DNA of 32,000 nt from Pyrolobus fumarii 1A (GCF_000223395.1 NC_015931.1:90001-122000), one strand, 5' to 3'; shown: positions 1-8,644, counted from the stretch's first letter. Made by a program: numbers and translations. Notes: generated from the letters alone by a model not told the origin.

Positions 1-332
1 GCGAGGTGTATGGGGGTGAGGGTGTACTTCTTGCTACGCTGCGTGCGAGTGACTACTTCTTCTCTTTGAGTATCGAGGGTGCAAAGCGGCTGTTGTCGTG
101 CTTCCCTAGGCCTAGGCTACGTGTCGTGGTTGACCCTTCTCGCGTGCCTCACAAGTCCGTTCCCACGGAGGCCATTCTGGATGTTGACGAGGAGCTTAGG
201 GCTGGTGACGAGGTTATCGTTGTTGATTTGGGTGACTCTCTTGTTGGTGTTGGTAGGTTGAGGCTCTCGCCTTTAGAGATAAAGTCTGGGGTGAGGGGGG
301 AGGCTGTTAGGCTTCGGAAGAAGGTGCGGTAG
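1..332 (+). CDS. PUA-domain protein, C-terminal part; the ORF probably continues upstream of the window
   Basis: The frame is open from base 3. The C-terminal ~70 aa (VVVDPSRVPHKSVPTEAILDVDEELRAGDEVIVVDLGDSLVGVGRLRLSPLEIKSGVRGEAVRLRK) has the typical PUA pattern, G-D-x-V followed by a hydrophobic-G-x-G hairpin. The stop lies 3 nt before the next gene. Confidence 0.55.
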   Translation, partial: EVYGGEGVLLATLRASDYFFSLSIEGAKRLLSCFPRPRLRVVVDPSRVPHKSVPTEAILDVDEELRAGDEVIVVDLGDSLVGVGRLRLSPLEIKSGVRGEAVRLRKKVR

Positions 333-335
333 TGT

Positions 336-1094
336 ATGGCTGAGCTCGTGTTTGCTCATCGCCGGGTTAGGGTATACGCTATCGACCCGGGTGCGTTGAG
401 CGAGGCCGCTAGAGACGGGGTGTTGATAACTGGTTTCAGGGGGTTCGGGGCTGTCGGGTACATCACTACCACGCATCTTGTGGAGAAGCTTAGACTACAG
501 AGACTGGGATACATCGTCACCAGGTATATGCCAGAGTTTGTGACGCGGGGTGCCGACGGGGGGATAGTCGCGCCTTTCGAGATATACGGGTCTGTCGAGA
601 GGAGGCTATTGGTGCTCGTCAACCACGATGTACCCGTTGAGAGGGAGAGGGATGCGTACGCAGAGGCCGTAGTCCTCTTTGCTAAGAAGATGGGCGTGTC
701 GAGGGGCGTATTCATCGGCGGGTTTGACGCGAGGTTTCGTAGGGGTGAGGAGAGGTTCCGCTGGCTCGCTTCTGGCGGCTATCAGGGCGAGTTTAGCGAG
801 CCAACGATAGACAAGGACTTGTTCGTGGTGGGTCCCCTGGCGCTCCTCATACTCTACTCGGAGATTCACCGGTTCCCCGCAGTCACGATACTACCCTACA
901 CTGAGACTGCGAGGCCGGACCCGGCTGCAGCTGCTGTGGCCGTTGAGGTCGTTGCTAGGCTGCTAAACCTGGAGGTTGACGTGAGTGAGTTGCTCGAGAT
1001 GGCTAGGAAGATTGAGGAGGTCATAGAGAGGGTCGAGCATCAGCGCGAGGCTGCTACTGCGCCAAGCGGGGCTAGCGACAGGCTCTACACTTGA
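336..1094 (+). CDS. PAC2 / proteasome assembly chaperone family protein (COG1938-like)
   Basis: 252 aa with an ATG start. The N-terminal motif ITGFRGFGAVGYITTTHLVEKL is typical of the archaeal PAC2 family, and length and layout fit. Confidence 0.55.
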   Translation: MAELVFAHRRVRVYAIDPGALSEAARDGVLITGFRGFGAVGYITTTHLVEKLRLQRLGYIVTRYMPEFVTRGADGGIVAPFEIYGSVERRLLVLVNHDVPVERERDAYAEAVVLFAKKMGVSRGVFIGGFDARFRRGEERFRWLASGGYQGEFSEPTIDKDLFVVGPLALLILYSEIHRFPAVTILPYTETARPDPAAAAVAVEVVARLLNLEVDVSELLEMARKIEEVIERVEHQREAATAPSGASDRLYT

Positions 1095-1111
1095 CGGGGC
1101 ATCACCCCGTC
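1093..1111. terminator. Perfect 7-bp hairpin (GACGGGG-catca-CCCCGTC) between two convergent stop codons
   Basis: Read directly from the sequence. The stem starts inside the TGA of the PAC2-like gene and ends 1 nt before the stop codon of tgtA. There is no adjacent oligo-T, so a terminator role is uncertain. Confidence 0.3.
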
Positions 1112-2707
1112 CTACTCTTCTTCTAGTACCCTCGTCTCTATCTTCTCGACCCTGCCAGCCAGTCGGGCTACGAGCCTTTCAGCGATGAGCCTTGTCCACT
1201 CCTCTTCGGCCACGTATATCGTTACGTTCTTGTATCCGTGTTTCTCTACGAACTGTGCCACTATGCTAACAGTCTCTTCTAGCGCCTCTAGCGGGTAGGT
1301 GCGGGGCGCCTCGAACTGTGAGAGTGGGTATGTTTCTGCAAGCTCCTCGGGTATCGGGCCTATGACCGGCGCGTATGCTACTAGGTGTGCACCTGGGTGT
1401 TTGGAGCGTAGCTTCCTGTGCCTCGGGCTGCTCGTCGCCGGTTTAGCATCTAGGTCTAAGGGGTAGAGCACGAGTGTCGAGGATGGAGGCTTGTAGCTCT
1501 CTAACACTCTCTTATGGTGCCTGATTACCTCGGGGCGTTTGAGCTCTTCTGGTATAGCGTAGAGGAATAGCCCGTGGACCTCGCCGCCTTTTAGACGCGG
1601 GTCTAGCTTTTCTATCATCTCGGCGTACTTTACGAGTGTTTGGAGGGCTCTCTTTAGGGATGGGTGGGTATGCGCCTTCTCGACTAGAAGCTCCCAGAGC
1701 CTCCCCTCTCTAATTGCCAGTTTCACTCTGTTTATCTCTTGGCGCAGTACGTAGAGGTTGTGTAGCGCTAGTAGCCTTATGCGCTCCGGGGCAGGCATCT
1801 CTAGCAGCTCTTGTGGCGTGTATTTGGCGCATACGGGGCAACTGCAGGGGAAGTAGTCCATGTCCTCCAGGCGGTGTGTGCCGTAGGGTGTTATGTAGCG
1901 GTTGTCGCGAGCGTATAGTATGTACGATGCTGAGTCGAACATGTCGACGCCTAGGGCTACCGCAAACGGGATTATCATGGGGTGGCCTGCGCCGAAGAGG
2001 TGGAGTGGGTGGGAGAGCGGAGTGTTGAATCGAGCTGTTGCCACCATCTCGATTATCTTCTCGTATGAGTACCTCTCGAGTAGCACTGTGGGCGAGCCTA
2101 CCGCGTAGAGCTTGTACCAGCGTGATAGTTTCGATGCTTCTCTGGATGCCTTCTCGACTAAATCAGTGTAGGGTCCGCCTTGTATCGGCAAGGTCCATAT
2201 CCTCTCGTCTCCCTCTATGAGGTTGATTGCCTCTCTAGCACGGCGAAGAGTCTCCTCTACGGTCCAGGCCGCTCTATCTCTACTGTCAGTGGAGCCCGTA
2301 GGCACGTCGAGTATGACTGCAATGTCGCTTCCTATGCGCTGCTGGAAGCGTATGACCTCCTCCGGTGTTATTTCGACACTACCGTAACGCATCAACTGAT
2401 AGGCGCCAGAGTCAGTCATCACTATACCGTCGAAGTCTAGTAGCCGGTGTATCCCCTTCTCTACAGCCTCGTTCCTCCACCGTCTCCATGCGAGATACGC
2501 GTTGGTTATCACGGCGTTGAATCCTAGGCTCTTGATCTCGTCTATGCTTGGCTCCTGTCTAGCCGGGTCGATTACTGGTAGTAGTGCTGGCGTCTCTAGG
2601 ACGCCGTGAGGTGTGTAGAGACGCCCTATTCTCCCAGCTAGGTCCTTATCGCGCACCTCGAAAAGGCCTACCTCTCTTTTCACGCGTTGCACCCTAGGAG
2701 GGTTCAC
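1112..2707 (-). CDS. tgtA: tRNA-guanine(15) transglycosylase (archaeosine TGT), without a recognisable C-terminal PUA domain
   Basis: 531 aa. It shows FEVRDKDLAGRIGRLYTPHGVLETPALLPV, MTDSGAYQ, the Zn site CSCPVC and LHNLY, which are hallmarks of the TGT family. Confidence 0.9.
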   Translation of the reverse strand: MNPPRVQRVKREVGLFEVRDKDLAGRIGRLYTPHGVLETPALLPVIDPARQEPSIDEIKSLGFNAVITNAYLAWRRWRNEAVEKGIHRLLDFDGIVMTDSGAYQLMRYGSVEITPEEVIRFQQRIGSDIAVILDVPTGSTDSRDRAAWTVEETLRRAREAINLIEGDERIWTLPIQGGPYTDLVEKASREASKLSRWYKLYAVGSPTVLLERYSYEKIIEMVATARFNTPLSHPLHLFGAGHPMIIPFAVALGVDMFDSASYILYARDNRYITPYGTHRLEDMDYFPCSCPVCAKYTPQELLEMPAPERIRLLALHNLYVLRQEINRVKLAIREGRLWELLVEKAHTHPSLKRALQTLVKYAEMIEKLDPRLKGGEVHGLFLYAIPEELKRPEVIRHHKRVLESYKPPSSTLVLYPLDLDAKPATSSPRHRKLRSKHPGAHLVAYAPVIGPIPEELAETYPLSQFEAPRTYPLEALEETVSIVAQFVEKHGYKNVTIYVAEEEWTRLIAERLVARLAGRVEKIETRVLEEE

Positions 2708-2754
2708 GTTAAAACGGTGTATTTACAGCCGCGATGCCTAGAGGCTGAGAGTGT

Positions 2755-3129
2755 ATGAGCTTCACGGAGGTGCTCTCCTTTAGAGGTGTGGTTAGGAGCG
2801 TGGAGCAGGAACGTATCCCAGAGATCCTGCTCGCGACACTCACGTCCGAAGATGGGAGCATAGAAGTTCAGATGGATTGGCATAAGGAGGTTTTCACACT
2901 ACCCGAGGGTTCGAAAGTACTCTTCAGGTTGACACGTGGCATTCCAGACTATAAGGAGGGTGTCGACTTTGTAGGCAGAGCTACCGTGGTAACAGTTAGA
3001 GAGCACGAAGGACAATGGGAACATATATTGTCTATCGGCGGGCTTCTCGTTGTGGTTAGAACCAACAAGAAACTGGATATAATGCCTACCGAGAAGCTCT
3101 ATGTCCATATAGCGCCTCTTGAGGAGTAA
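2755..3129 (+). CDS. rpo8: RNA polymerase subunit Rpo8 (RpoG, Rpb8-like)
   Basis: 124 aa. The C-terminal SIGGLLVVVRTNKK...KLYVHI resembles the Rpb8 signature S-F/Y-GGLLM-L-G...VYLL, and DFVGRATVV resembles YVMYGKVY. The size fits crenarchaeal Rpo8. Confidence 0.55.
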   Translation: MSFTEVLSFRGVVRSVEQERIPEILLATLTSEDGSIEVQMDWHKEVFTLPEGSKVLFRLTRGIPDYKEGVDFVGRATVVTVREHEGQWEHILSIGGLLVVVRTNKKLDIMPTEKLYVHIAPLEE

Positions 3130-3191
3130 CTGACAGTATCGGCGGTGCGCCTCAGCTAGTTTCTGCTTCCCCGTTTAACTGGGGTTTTAGG

Positions 3192-4760
3192 ATGGACCCG
3201 CGTAGCATTACTAAACCACTTGTTGTCGGCGGTCTGGGCGCGCTTCTAGTATCAACAGCATTGACGGGTCCTCCGGGTGTAGCCCAGATTGCAACTATGC
3301 AGTTAGCGGCTGGCCTAGCGGGTGTGTTTGCAAGTGGTTTCGTTGCTGTAAGTATTGCTTCCAGGCTTACACGTAAGCACGGAGAGTTTACTGTTTACGA
3401 GATTAAGGTCGAGAGGAACAAAAAGAGCATCGAGAGGATTAGGGTCACTCTGGAGTTTCTGAGGGCACTTGGCGACACTATTGGGAAGAGTATTGCTATG
3501 CAGATATGTGGTAAAGGAGGCTGCTCGCTGTTGATAATAGTACCACGTGACTCTAGGGTAGAGGCGTTGCTATCATCTCTCTTATCTGGACTTAGGGTGA
3601 AGAAGAGTATTGTAAACTCGCTTGACGATATTCTTAGTCGCAAGGGTGATGGAGAGCCTATAGCCAAAGAGATGGCCTCCGCGTTAACACTACATTCACG
3701 CGAGACCGGAGAGACCCGCGGCGAAATCCTGATAGGATTTGACGAGAGCAATAGACCCGTATACGCTTCGTTAGAGGAGTTCTGGAGGCATACTGGTGTA
3801 TTTGGCACTACCGGCTCGGGGAAAACTAGCACCACTGCATTCATCGCCACCCAGCTTGCAAGATATGTACGTGTAATCGTGCTCGACTGGCACGGCGAGT
3901 ATGAGAGTGTATTGAAACGTATTGGTGCAGAGTTTGTGGCTATGGATCCTCCACAATTGCCACTTGTCCCTGAGGATCTTGATATCGAAGTTACGGTTGA
4001 TGTGCTAGAAGATGCGTTTGACTTGACTAGGCATCAATCGATGCTTCTCTATCAAGCTTTAAAGTCTATGATTAGACGTGAGGCTCTGCCCGAGGACCTT
4101 GAAAAATTCACTGATAACCTGCTTGCAACGGTTGAGGTGCAACAAGCTGTACCTAGTAGGGCTGAATTAGAGATTAGAGCTGCCCTTGAGAGGCGGTTGC
4201 GCGCCTTAGTTACTGGCGAAGGCCGAAGCTTGTTCAAAGTGCGTGGCCACGTCGAGTTGCCGAGAGGAGCCGGTCTTTACATAATACGTGTTAATCGGAT
4301 ACTATTGCTGCCTTTAAGACGCGTATATGTACGGATGCTATTAGCGTATCTCTACTATACAGCAGTGGCCATTGGCAGAATGTTAGACACGATAGTAGTG
4401 TTGGAGGAAGCACAAAATGTGGCATCAAGCGATACTAGAACCATACCCTCAATACTTGCTGAGGCGCGCAAGAGACACCTAGGTCTAATAATAGTGTCGC
4501 AATCGCCATCATCGCTCCACCCAAGCATACTAAAAAACACTAATATCAGGATAGTACATACTTTGAAGAGTGCACATGATATAAGCGTGATAGCTCGAAG
4601 TATGAACATTTCTAACGACTTAAGAGGTATGTTGTCGAAACTGCCCGTAGGCTATGCCGTCGTCGACACACCACAATTACCTCAACCTGTTCTAGTATAC
4701 GTACCGGTTTACGATACCGCAGGTACACTAGTACGCTACGAAGAATTCAGTTCAACGTAA
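3192..4760 (+). CDS. Membrane-anchored HerA/DUF87-type P-loop ATPase
   Basis: 522 aa. There are two N-terminal hydrophobic segments (aa ~10-60). It has Walker A GVFGTTGSGKTS, VIVLDWHGEY, Walker B IVVLEEAQNV, LIIVSQSPSSL and NIRIVHTLKSAHD. Order and spacing are as in HerA/FtsK-like DUF87 ATPases. Confidence 0.65.
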   Translation: MDPRSITKPLVVGGLGALLVSTALTGPPGVAQIATMQLAAGLAGVFASGFVAVSIASRLTRKHGEFTVYEIKVERNKKSIERIRVTLEFLRALGDTIGKSIAMQICGKGGCSLLIIVPRDSRVEALLSSLLSGLRVKKSIVNSLDDILSRKGDGEPIAKEMASALTLHSRETGETRGEILIGFDESNRPVYASLEEFWRHTGVFGTTGSGKTSTTAFIATQLARYVRVIVLDWHGEYESVLKRIGAEFVAMDPPQLPLVPEDLDIEVTVDVLEDAFDLTRHQSMLLYQALKSMIRREALPEDLEKFTDNLLATVEVQQAVPSRAELEIRAALERRLRALVTGEGRSLFKVRGHVELPRGAGLYIIRVNRILLLPLRRVYVRMLLAYLYYTAVAIGRMLDTIVVLEEAQNVASSDTRTIPSILAEARKRHLGLIIVSQSPSSLHPSILKNTNIRIVHTLKSAHDISVIARSMNISNDLRGMLSKLPVGYAVVDTPQLPQPVLVYVPVYDTAGTLVRYEEFSST

Positions 4761-4762
4761 CG

Positions 4763-5359
4763 CTAGTAACCCATACTATGTTTCAACGATAAATTGATAA
4801 CAAATTTTACAACATCCTCGTCACTAACCCAGTCTATGCTCTGACAAATAGTGTTATCTTTTTCGATATTCTCTATGTTTCTCGCGATCCTCTCAACTGT
4901 TGCATTAACTCCTGCAAGGGTAGTGTCAATTTCGCACGCCACACGCGGGAAGTAAACCTTAGCTTGCCAGGCCAATACTCCGGTCAACTCTGCCTCTATA
5001 TTTTCCAACACCTTACTGAACGGCCATCCTCTACGTAAAAGTCTATTGTACAACACGTCTGGTCTACAACGTAGCACGAAGACTCTCAATGGCTCTATCC
5101 CTGCCTCCCATAGCAACTCAAGATCGTGAGTCTCAATGACGACGCCTCTGTATACTTTACGTATTTCACGTCGAATTTCCACTACTACACCCTCAGGATC
5201 TATTACAAAACTACGTCTTTGCGCGTCATAGTCTATCCATATACCTTTCTCTAGTACGAATTCAGTGAGGCTAAGGTATCTTAGATTATATCTCTCTGAG
5301 AGCATCTTCGCTAGACTAGTCTTTCCTGTTCCAGGAGTACCAGCCAGCACTATGATCAA
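4763..5359 (-). CDS. Fap7/AK6-type adenylate kinase (ribosome small-subunit maturation NTPase)
   Basis: 198 aa. It has the P-loop IIVLAGTPGTGKTS, HDLELL, and VLRCRPDVLYNRLLRRGWPFSKVLENIEAEL, which matches the Fap7 pattern VLR-x-P-x-L-x-RL-x-RG-x(4)-K-x-x-EN-x-EAE. The start codon is TTG. Confidence 0.7.
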   Translation of the reverse strand: MIIVLAGTPGTGKTSLAKMLSERYNLRYLSLTEFVLEKGIWIDYDAQRRSFVIDPEGVVVEIRREIRKVYRGVVIETHDLELLWEAGIEPLRVFVLRCRPDVLYNRLLRRGWPFSKVLENIEAELTGVLAWQAKVYFPRVACEIDTTLAGVNATVERIARNIENIEKDNTICQSIDWVSDEDVVKFVINLSLKHSMGY

Positions 5360-5392
5360 GGATACCCGAGCGAGTGAAACCAGGTAAGAAGT

Positions 5393-5402
5393 ATTTAAAA
5401 AT
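5393..5402 (-). promoter_or_regulatory. TATA-like element (minus strand ATTTTTAAATA) upstream of the Fap7-like gene
   Basis: An AT-rich box lies about 35-40 nt upstream of the TTG start at 5359. The preceding T5 run could also terminate the thermosome transcript. Confidence 0.35.
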
Positions 5403-5449
5403 CTGAGTTTGGAGGGGAGAAACGCCTAATATCATCAAAACTTAGAGCT

Positions 5450-7159
5450 TTACTCCTTCTCCTCCTCTTCTTCTCTCTTCTCTTCTTTCTTCTCCTCCTC
5501 TTCCTCCTTCCTCGCCGCCGCTATCACATCATCGATCCTTAGTATCATTGTTGCTGCCTCAGTGCCTGCCTTTATCGCATTGGCCTTGATACTGACTGGC
5601 TCGATTACACCAAGCTCCATCATGTTCTTGATATCGCCGCTGAAGACATCAATACCATACCACTTACCTTCAGGCTTCTCGTGGGCTGCGCGTAGCTTCA
5701 TTATGATCTCTATTGGGTCTAGACCGGCGTTCTCCGCTAGCGCCATTGGTAGCGCCTCTAGAGCCTTTGCGAAGGCTTCAACTGCTAGCTGCTCCTTGCC
5801 GCCAATCTTTGGCGCAATCTCACGTAGATACTTTGCTAGTTCGACCTCTACTGCACCGCCGCCCGAGACGATCTTACCATCGCGTATCGCGTCAGCTACA
5901 GCGCTTAGGGCGTCACGGATGCTCCTCTCGGCCTCATCAACTAGCCTCTCGAGGCCGCCGCGTAGCAGGATGGTGACTGCCTTCGGGTTCTTGCACTTCT
6001 CCACGAATACCATCTTGTCTTCGCCGACCTTCCTCTCCTCGACTAGGCCTGCGAAGCCTAGGTCCTCCGGGCTTAGGTCCTCGACGTTACTGACGATCCT
6101 CGCGCCAGTAGCGCGAGCAAGCTTCTCCATGTCGCTTCTCTTTACCCTCCTGACGGCCATTATGCCCTTCTTGGCTAGGAAGTGCTGCGCAACCTCATCA
6201 ATACCCTTCTGGCAGAACACTACAATGCCAGCGTTCTCGCCTAGCTTGAAGCCCTCCTGCTCAATCCTCTTCTTAGCAACCTCATAGATCCTGTCAACCA
6301 TCTCCTTGAGGATGCGCTCTTCCTCCTCTAGGAACTTCCTTAGTAGGCTTGGGTCGTTAATCCTGATCTCAGCATCGATCTCTGGCTTCTCGACCTCTAG
6401 AGGAGCGTCTAGCAGCACGATGAACGCGTTCTCGACACGCTTCGGCATGCCAGGGTGCACAACCTCCTTGTCAATGACTACACCGTTGATCAGCTTGCTG
6501 TCCATTAGGCTACCGCCATGCTTCTTAATTATCTGTATGTTGTCTAAGTCGATGTACCACTTGTCGCCTCTCTTCTCGGCAATCTGCTTGACAGCCTTAA
6601 CCGCAATCTCGGCTAGATAGTCGCGGGCGCCGTGCACCGCCTTGCTGGTTAGGCTGGTCTTGGCTATCTTCTTCAAGACTTCATCGTCATTAATGTCGAT
6701 AGGCTCTGCGATCTCGTAAAGCTTCTTAATGGCTGCCTCCATCGCCTTCTTGTAACCGCTGACGATTATTGTCGGATGGATGTTCTTGTCTAGTAGTTCC
6801 TCAGCATTGCGCAGCAACTCGCCGGCAAAGATGACTGCAGTCTTCGTGCCGTCACCTACCTCCTCGTCCTGACCCTTCGCAATCTGTACTACCATCTTTG
6901 CAGCAGGGTGCTGCACATCCATCTTGTCCAGGATTGTTGCACCGTCGTTGGTGATCGTGATCTCGCCCAGGCTGTCAACGAGCATCTTGTCCATTCCCTT
7001 GGGGCCGTAAGTGGTTCTTAGCGTCTCTGCGATTGCCCTTACAGCCATTATGTTAGTGCGTAGCGCGTCCCTGCCATACGTCCTCGTAGTGCCCTCCTTT
7101 AGTATCAGTACGGGTATGCCGGTTGGCTCTGCAGGGGCTACACGAGCCATCCTCGTCAC
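5450..7159 (-). CDS. ths: Thermosome subunit (group II chaperonin)
   Basis: 569 aa. It shows [29 protein letters not shown] and [10 protein letters not shown], with an acidic/basic [18 protein letters not shown] tail. Confidence 0.95.
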   Translation of the reverse strand: MTRMARVAPAEPTGIPVLILKEGTTRTYGRDALRTNIMAVRAIAETLRTTYGPKGMDKMLVDSLGEITITNDGATILDKMDVQHPAAKMVVQIAKGQDEEVGDGTKTAVIFAGELLRNAEELLDKNIHPTIIVSGYKKAMEAAIKKLYEIAEPIDINDDEVLKKIAKTSLTSKAVHGARDYLAEIAVKAVKQIAEKRGDKWYIDLDNIQIIKKHGGSLMDSKLINGVVIDKEVVHPGMPKRVENAFIVLLDAPLEVEKPEIDAEIRINDPSLLRKFLEEEERILKEMVDRIYEVAKKRIEQEGFKLGENAGIVVFCQKGIDEVAQHFLAKKGIMAVRRVKRSDMEKLARATGARIVSNVEDLSPEDLGFAGLVEERKVGEDKMVFVEKCKNPKAVTILLRGGLERLVDEAERSIRDALSAVADAIRDGKIVSGGGAVEVELAKYLREIAPKIGGKEQLAVEAFAKALEALPMALAENAGLDPIEIIMKLRAAHEKPEGKWYGIDVFSGDIKNMMELGVIEPVSIKANAIKAGTEAATMILRIDDVIAAARKEEEEEKKEEKREEEEEKE

Positions 7160-7197
7160 CCTCCAAGCCTTCCACGTAACTCCGTCAGCTACACTTC

Positions 7198-7205
7198 TAT
7201 AAAAA
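7198..7205 (-). promoter_or_regulatory. TATA box (minus strand TTTTTATA) for the thermosome gene
   Basis: The box sits about 40 nt upstream of the ATG at 7159, in a 118-nt spacer. Confidence 0.45.
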
Positions 7206-7277
7206 CTTTACTCGCAGTATTGTTTGGAGACGCACCCCCGATTGCAACACAACATGGCACTCAGGAGGAACAGGCAA

Positions 7278-7682
7278 TTAGAGGAGGAGGTTCGCGAGGT
7301 TCAAGCCTAGGTCTCTAGGCTTTAACCCCCTTACCTCTAGCGCTCTCTTGACACCTATACGCACAGCTTGTTTGTCATACGCTAGGTTATAGAACAAACC
7401 ATACTGCCGCCATATACTCACGCCCTCCAAGAACAATATGAGCATAGGCAACATCCTATCCTCGATTTCCAATAGATTCAGTAATTTCGAATCACTCGAA
7501 ACATCGACGCGTACCAGTGGAACGTGAGGTTCAAACGCAGGCGACAACACTTCACTGAGCTTCCTGATATACTCTGGACTATCCTTATTGGAATTATAGA
7601 CTAGCATTAGAAGCGCCCTGTGCATCTTTAACATACGTTCAACTACATCACTCCTGTTAACGTCAAGTACCACGACTCTCAC
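7278..7682 (-). CDS. Thioredoxin-fold-like protein with no cysteines
   Basis: 134 aa. The segment LLMLVYNSNKDSPEYIRKLSEVLSPAFEPHVPLVRVDVSSDSKLLNLLEIEDRMLPMLILFLEG follows the strand-helix-strand-helix-strand layout of thioredoxins, but no CxxC or any Cys is present. The GTG start overlaps the upstream gene by 20 nt. Confidence 0.4.
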   Translation of the reverse strand: MRVVVLDVNRSDVVERMLKMHRALLMLVYNSNKDSPEYIRKLSEVLSPAFEPHVPLVRVDVSSDSKLLNLLEIEDRMLPMLILFLEGVSIWRQYGLFYNLAYDKQAVRIGVKRALEVRGLKPRDLGLNLANLLL

Positions 7683-8493
7683 CCTTCTTTGCTCTCAATG
7701 CCTCCTCAAGAATCTTAACCTCGTTAGGCTCTAATCTAAGTTCAATATCAAAGGTTGATCTCGCCATGCTCGGCGCTTTAATTTTACGCCCATCGTACAA
7801 TACACGCTTCTCGCTAATCGCGTCACGCAATTCCTCAACACTAGCTTCCTGCGCAAAGAATTCTAGCAGTTCCCGAAAACCTATGGCTTCTTTAAACTCC
7901 TTCTCATCTATTTCAGCTCCACAAACTAGGCATGTTAGCGCAGGCGTCAACGAGTAAAAATTGCACCGCGGGCATTGATGTGGTGTTGCCACACCGCCCT
8001 CGATCCACTTGGATCTAAGGATGTCAACGAGATCGTCCCTTCCAATTTCAAGAGCAGCCCTGTAGAGTCTCGGTACATGTCGGACTATGCTGGTCCCACC
8101 ATGATAAATCACAAACTCAAGTTGCTGCTCATTGAGTTTTTCTCGTGTATCGGCTAGATACGACGCTATCAGTTCAAGCAGCTTATCCTGGTTTCTTAGG
8201 AGGCGTGCAAGTAGTTGCTCCTTAGAGGGTCTGCTAGAATATTGGTCAGCAATGCTTTCCAGCACCGGCCTTAGTAGGTCAACAAGCTCATCAACACTCA
8301 CTCCAATATCTTCTAGACCTAAACGCGATATAACTTCTCTGGTTATATCTTCAACAAGAGCATCGGTGATAGCAAACCGCGCAACAGGCCTTGTCGTTGT
8401 ACTCCTTCTTGTACGTGTACTACTACGCGTGGATGACGTGGACGAAGAACGCCGAGTCGTGCTTCTACGCCGTGATGAGGAGCGACGCGGCAC
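7663..8493 (-). CDS. Hypothetical Zn-ribbon protein with an Arg/Ser/Thr-rich N-terminal tail
   Basis: 276 aa in the longest frame, with a GTG start. It has CPRCNFYSLTPALTCLVCG (CxxC-x13-CxxC). The first ~35 aa are almost entirely R/S/T. No family was recognised. The start is uncertain, and the only other candidate I saw is an in-frame GTG in GVSV. Confidence 0.5.
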   Translation of the reverse strand: MPRRSSSRRRSTTRRSSSTSSTRSSTRTRRSTTTRPVARFAITDALVEDITREVISRLGLEDIGVSVDELVDLLRPVLESIADQYSSRPSKEQLLARLLRNQDKLLELIASYLADTREKLNEQQLEFVIYHGGTSIVRHVPRLYRAALEIGRDDLVDILRSKWIEGGVATPHQCPRCNFYSLTPALTCLVCGAEIDEKEFKEAIGFRELLEFFAQEASVEELRDAISEKRVLYDGRKIKAPSMARSTFDIELRLEPNEVKILEEALRAKKGESRGT

Positions 8494-8524
8494 ACATACC
8501 CCTCCTCCATACAGGAGTGAGTTG

Positions 8525-8602
<78 letters not shown>

Positions 8603-8633
8603 AACCCAGCCATGGTTGACAGCATGCTTATCT

Positions 8634-8641
8634 CCTTAAAT
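8634..8641 (-). promoter_or_regulatory. TATA-like element (minus strand ATTTAAGG) for tRNA-Arg
   Basis: It lies 32-39 nt upstream of the tRNA 5' end and is the only AT-rich box in the 42-nt spacer. Confidence 0.35.
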
Positions 8642-8644
8642 GCG

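Noticed and set aside
745-751. Other GUGAGGA occurrences inside coding sequence (745 +, 17213 -, 20478 -, 26882 +)
   Set aside because: None has an xxGA box 12 nt downstream or a second box pair. They serve as an informal background control for the intergenic candidates.
3192-5359. Apparently AT-richer block (HerA-like plus Fap7-like genes) as a horizontally acquired island
   Set aside because: There is no integrase, no flanking direct repeats and no tRNA at the borders. Fap7 is a core gene. I cannot compute composition statistics reliably by eye.
5402-5438. C-box-like UUGAUGA followed by CAGA on the minus strand between the thermosome and Fap7-like genes
   Set aside because: The spacing is 26 nt with no C'/D' pair, no GA-containing D box at 12 nt, and no terminal stem. 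The T5 run and TATA box explain the spacer better.
5562-6287. 241-aa ORF, plus several shorter ones, antisense to the thermosome gene
   Set aside because: It lies entirely inside a confidently identified gene on the other strand. Its translation is low-complexity and Ser/Ala/Pro/Leu-rich, as expected for the antisense frame of a GC-biased gene. The same reasoning applies to the antisense ORFs inside tgtA, cdc48, fen, aroA, rnz and the archease gene.
8472-8478. Perfect GUGAUGA on the plus strand, antisense to the start of the Zn-ribbon gene
   Set aside because: No CUGA or xxGA partner occurs at the correct spacing, and the downstream sequence runs antisense into tRNA-Arg.
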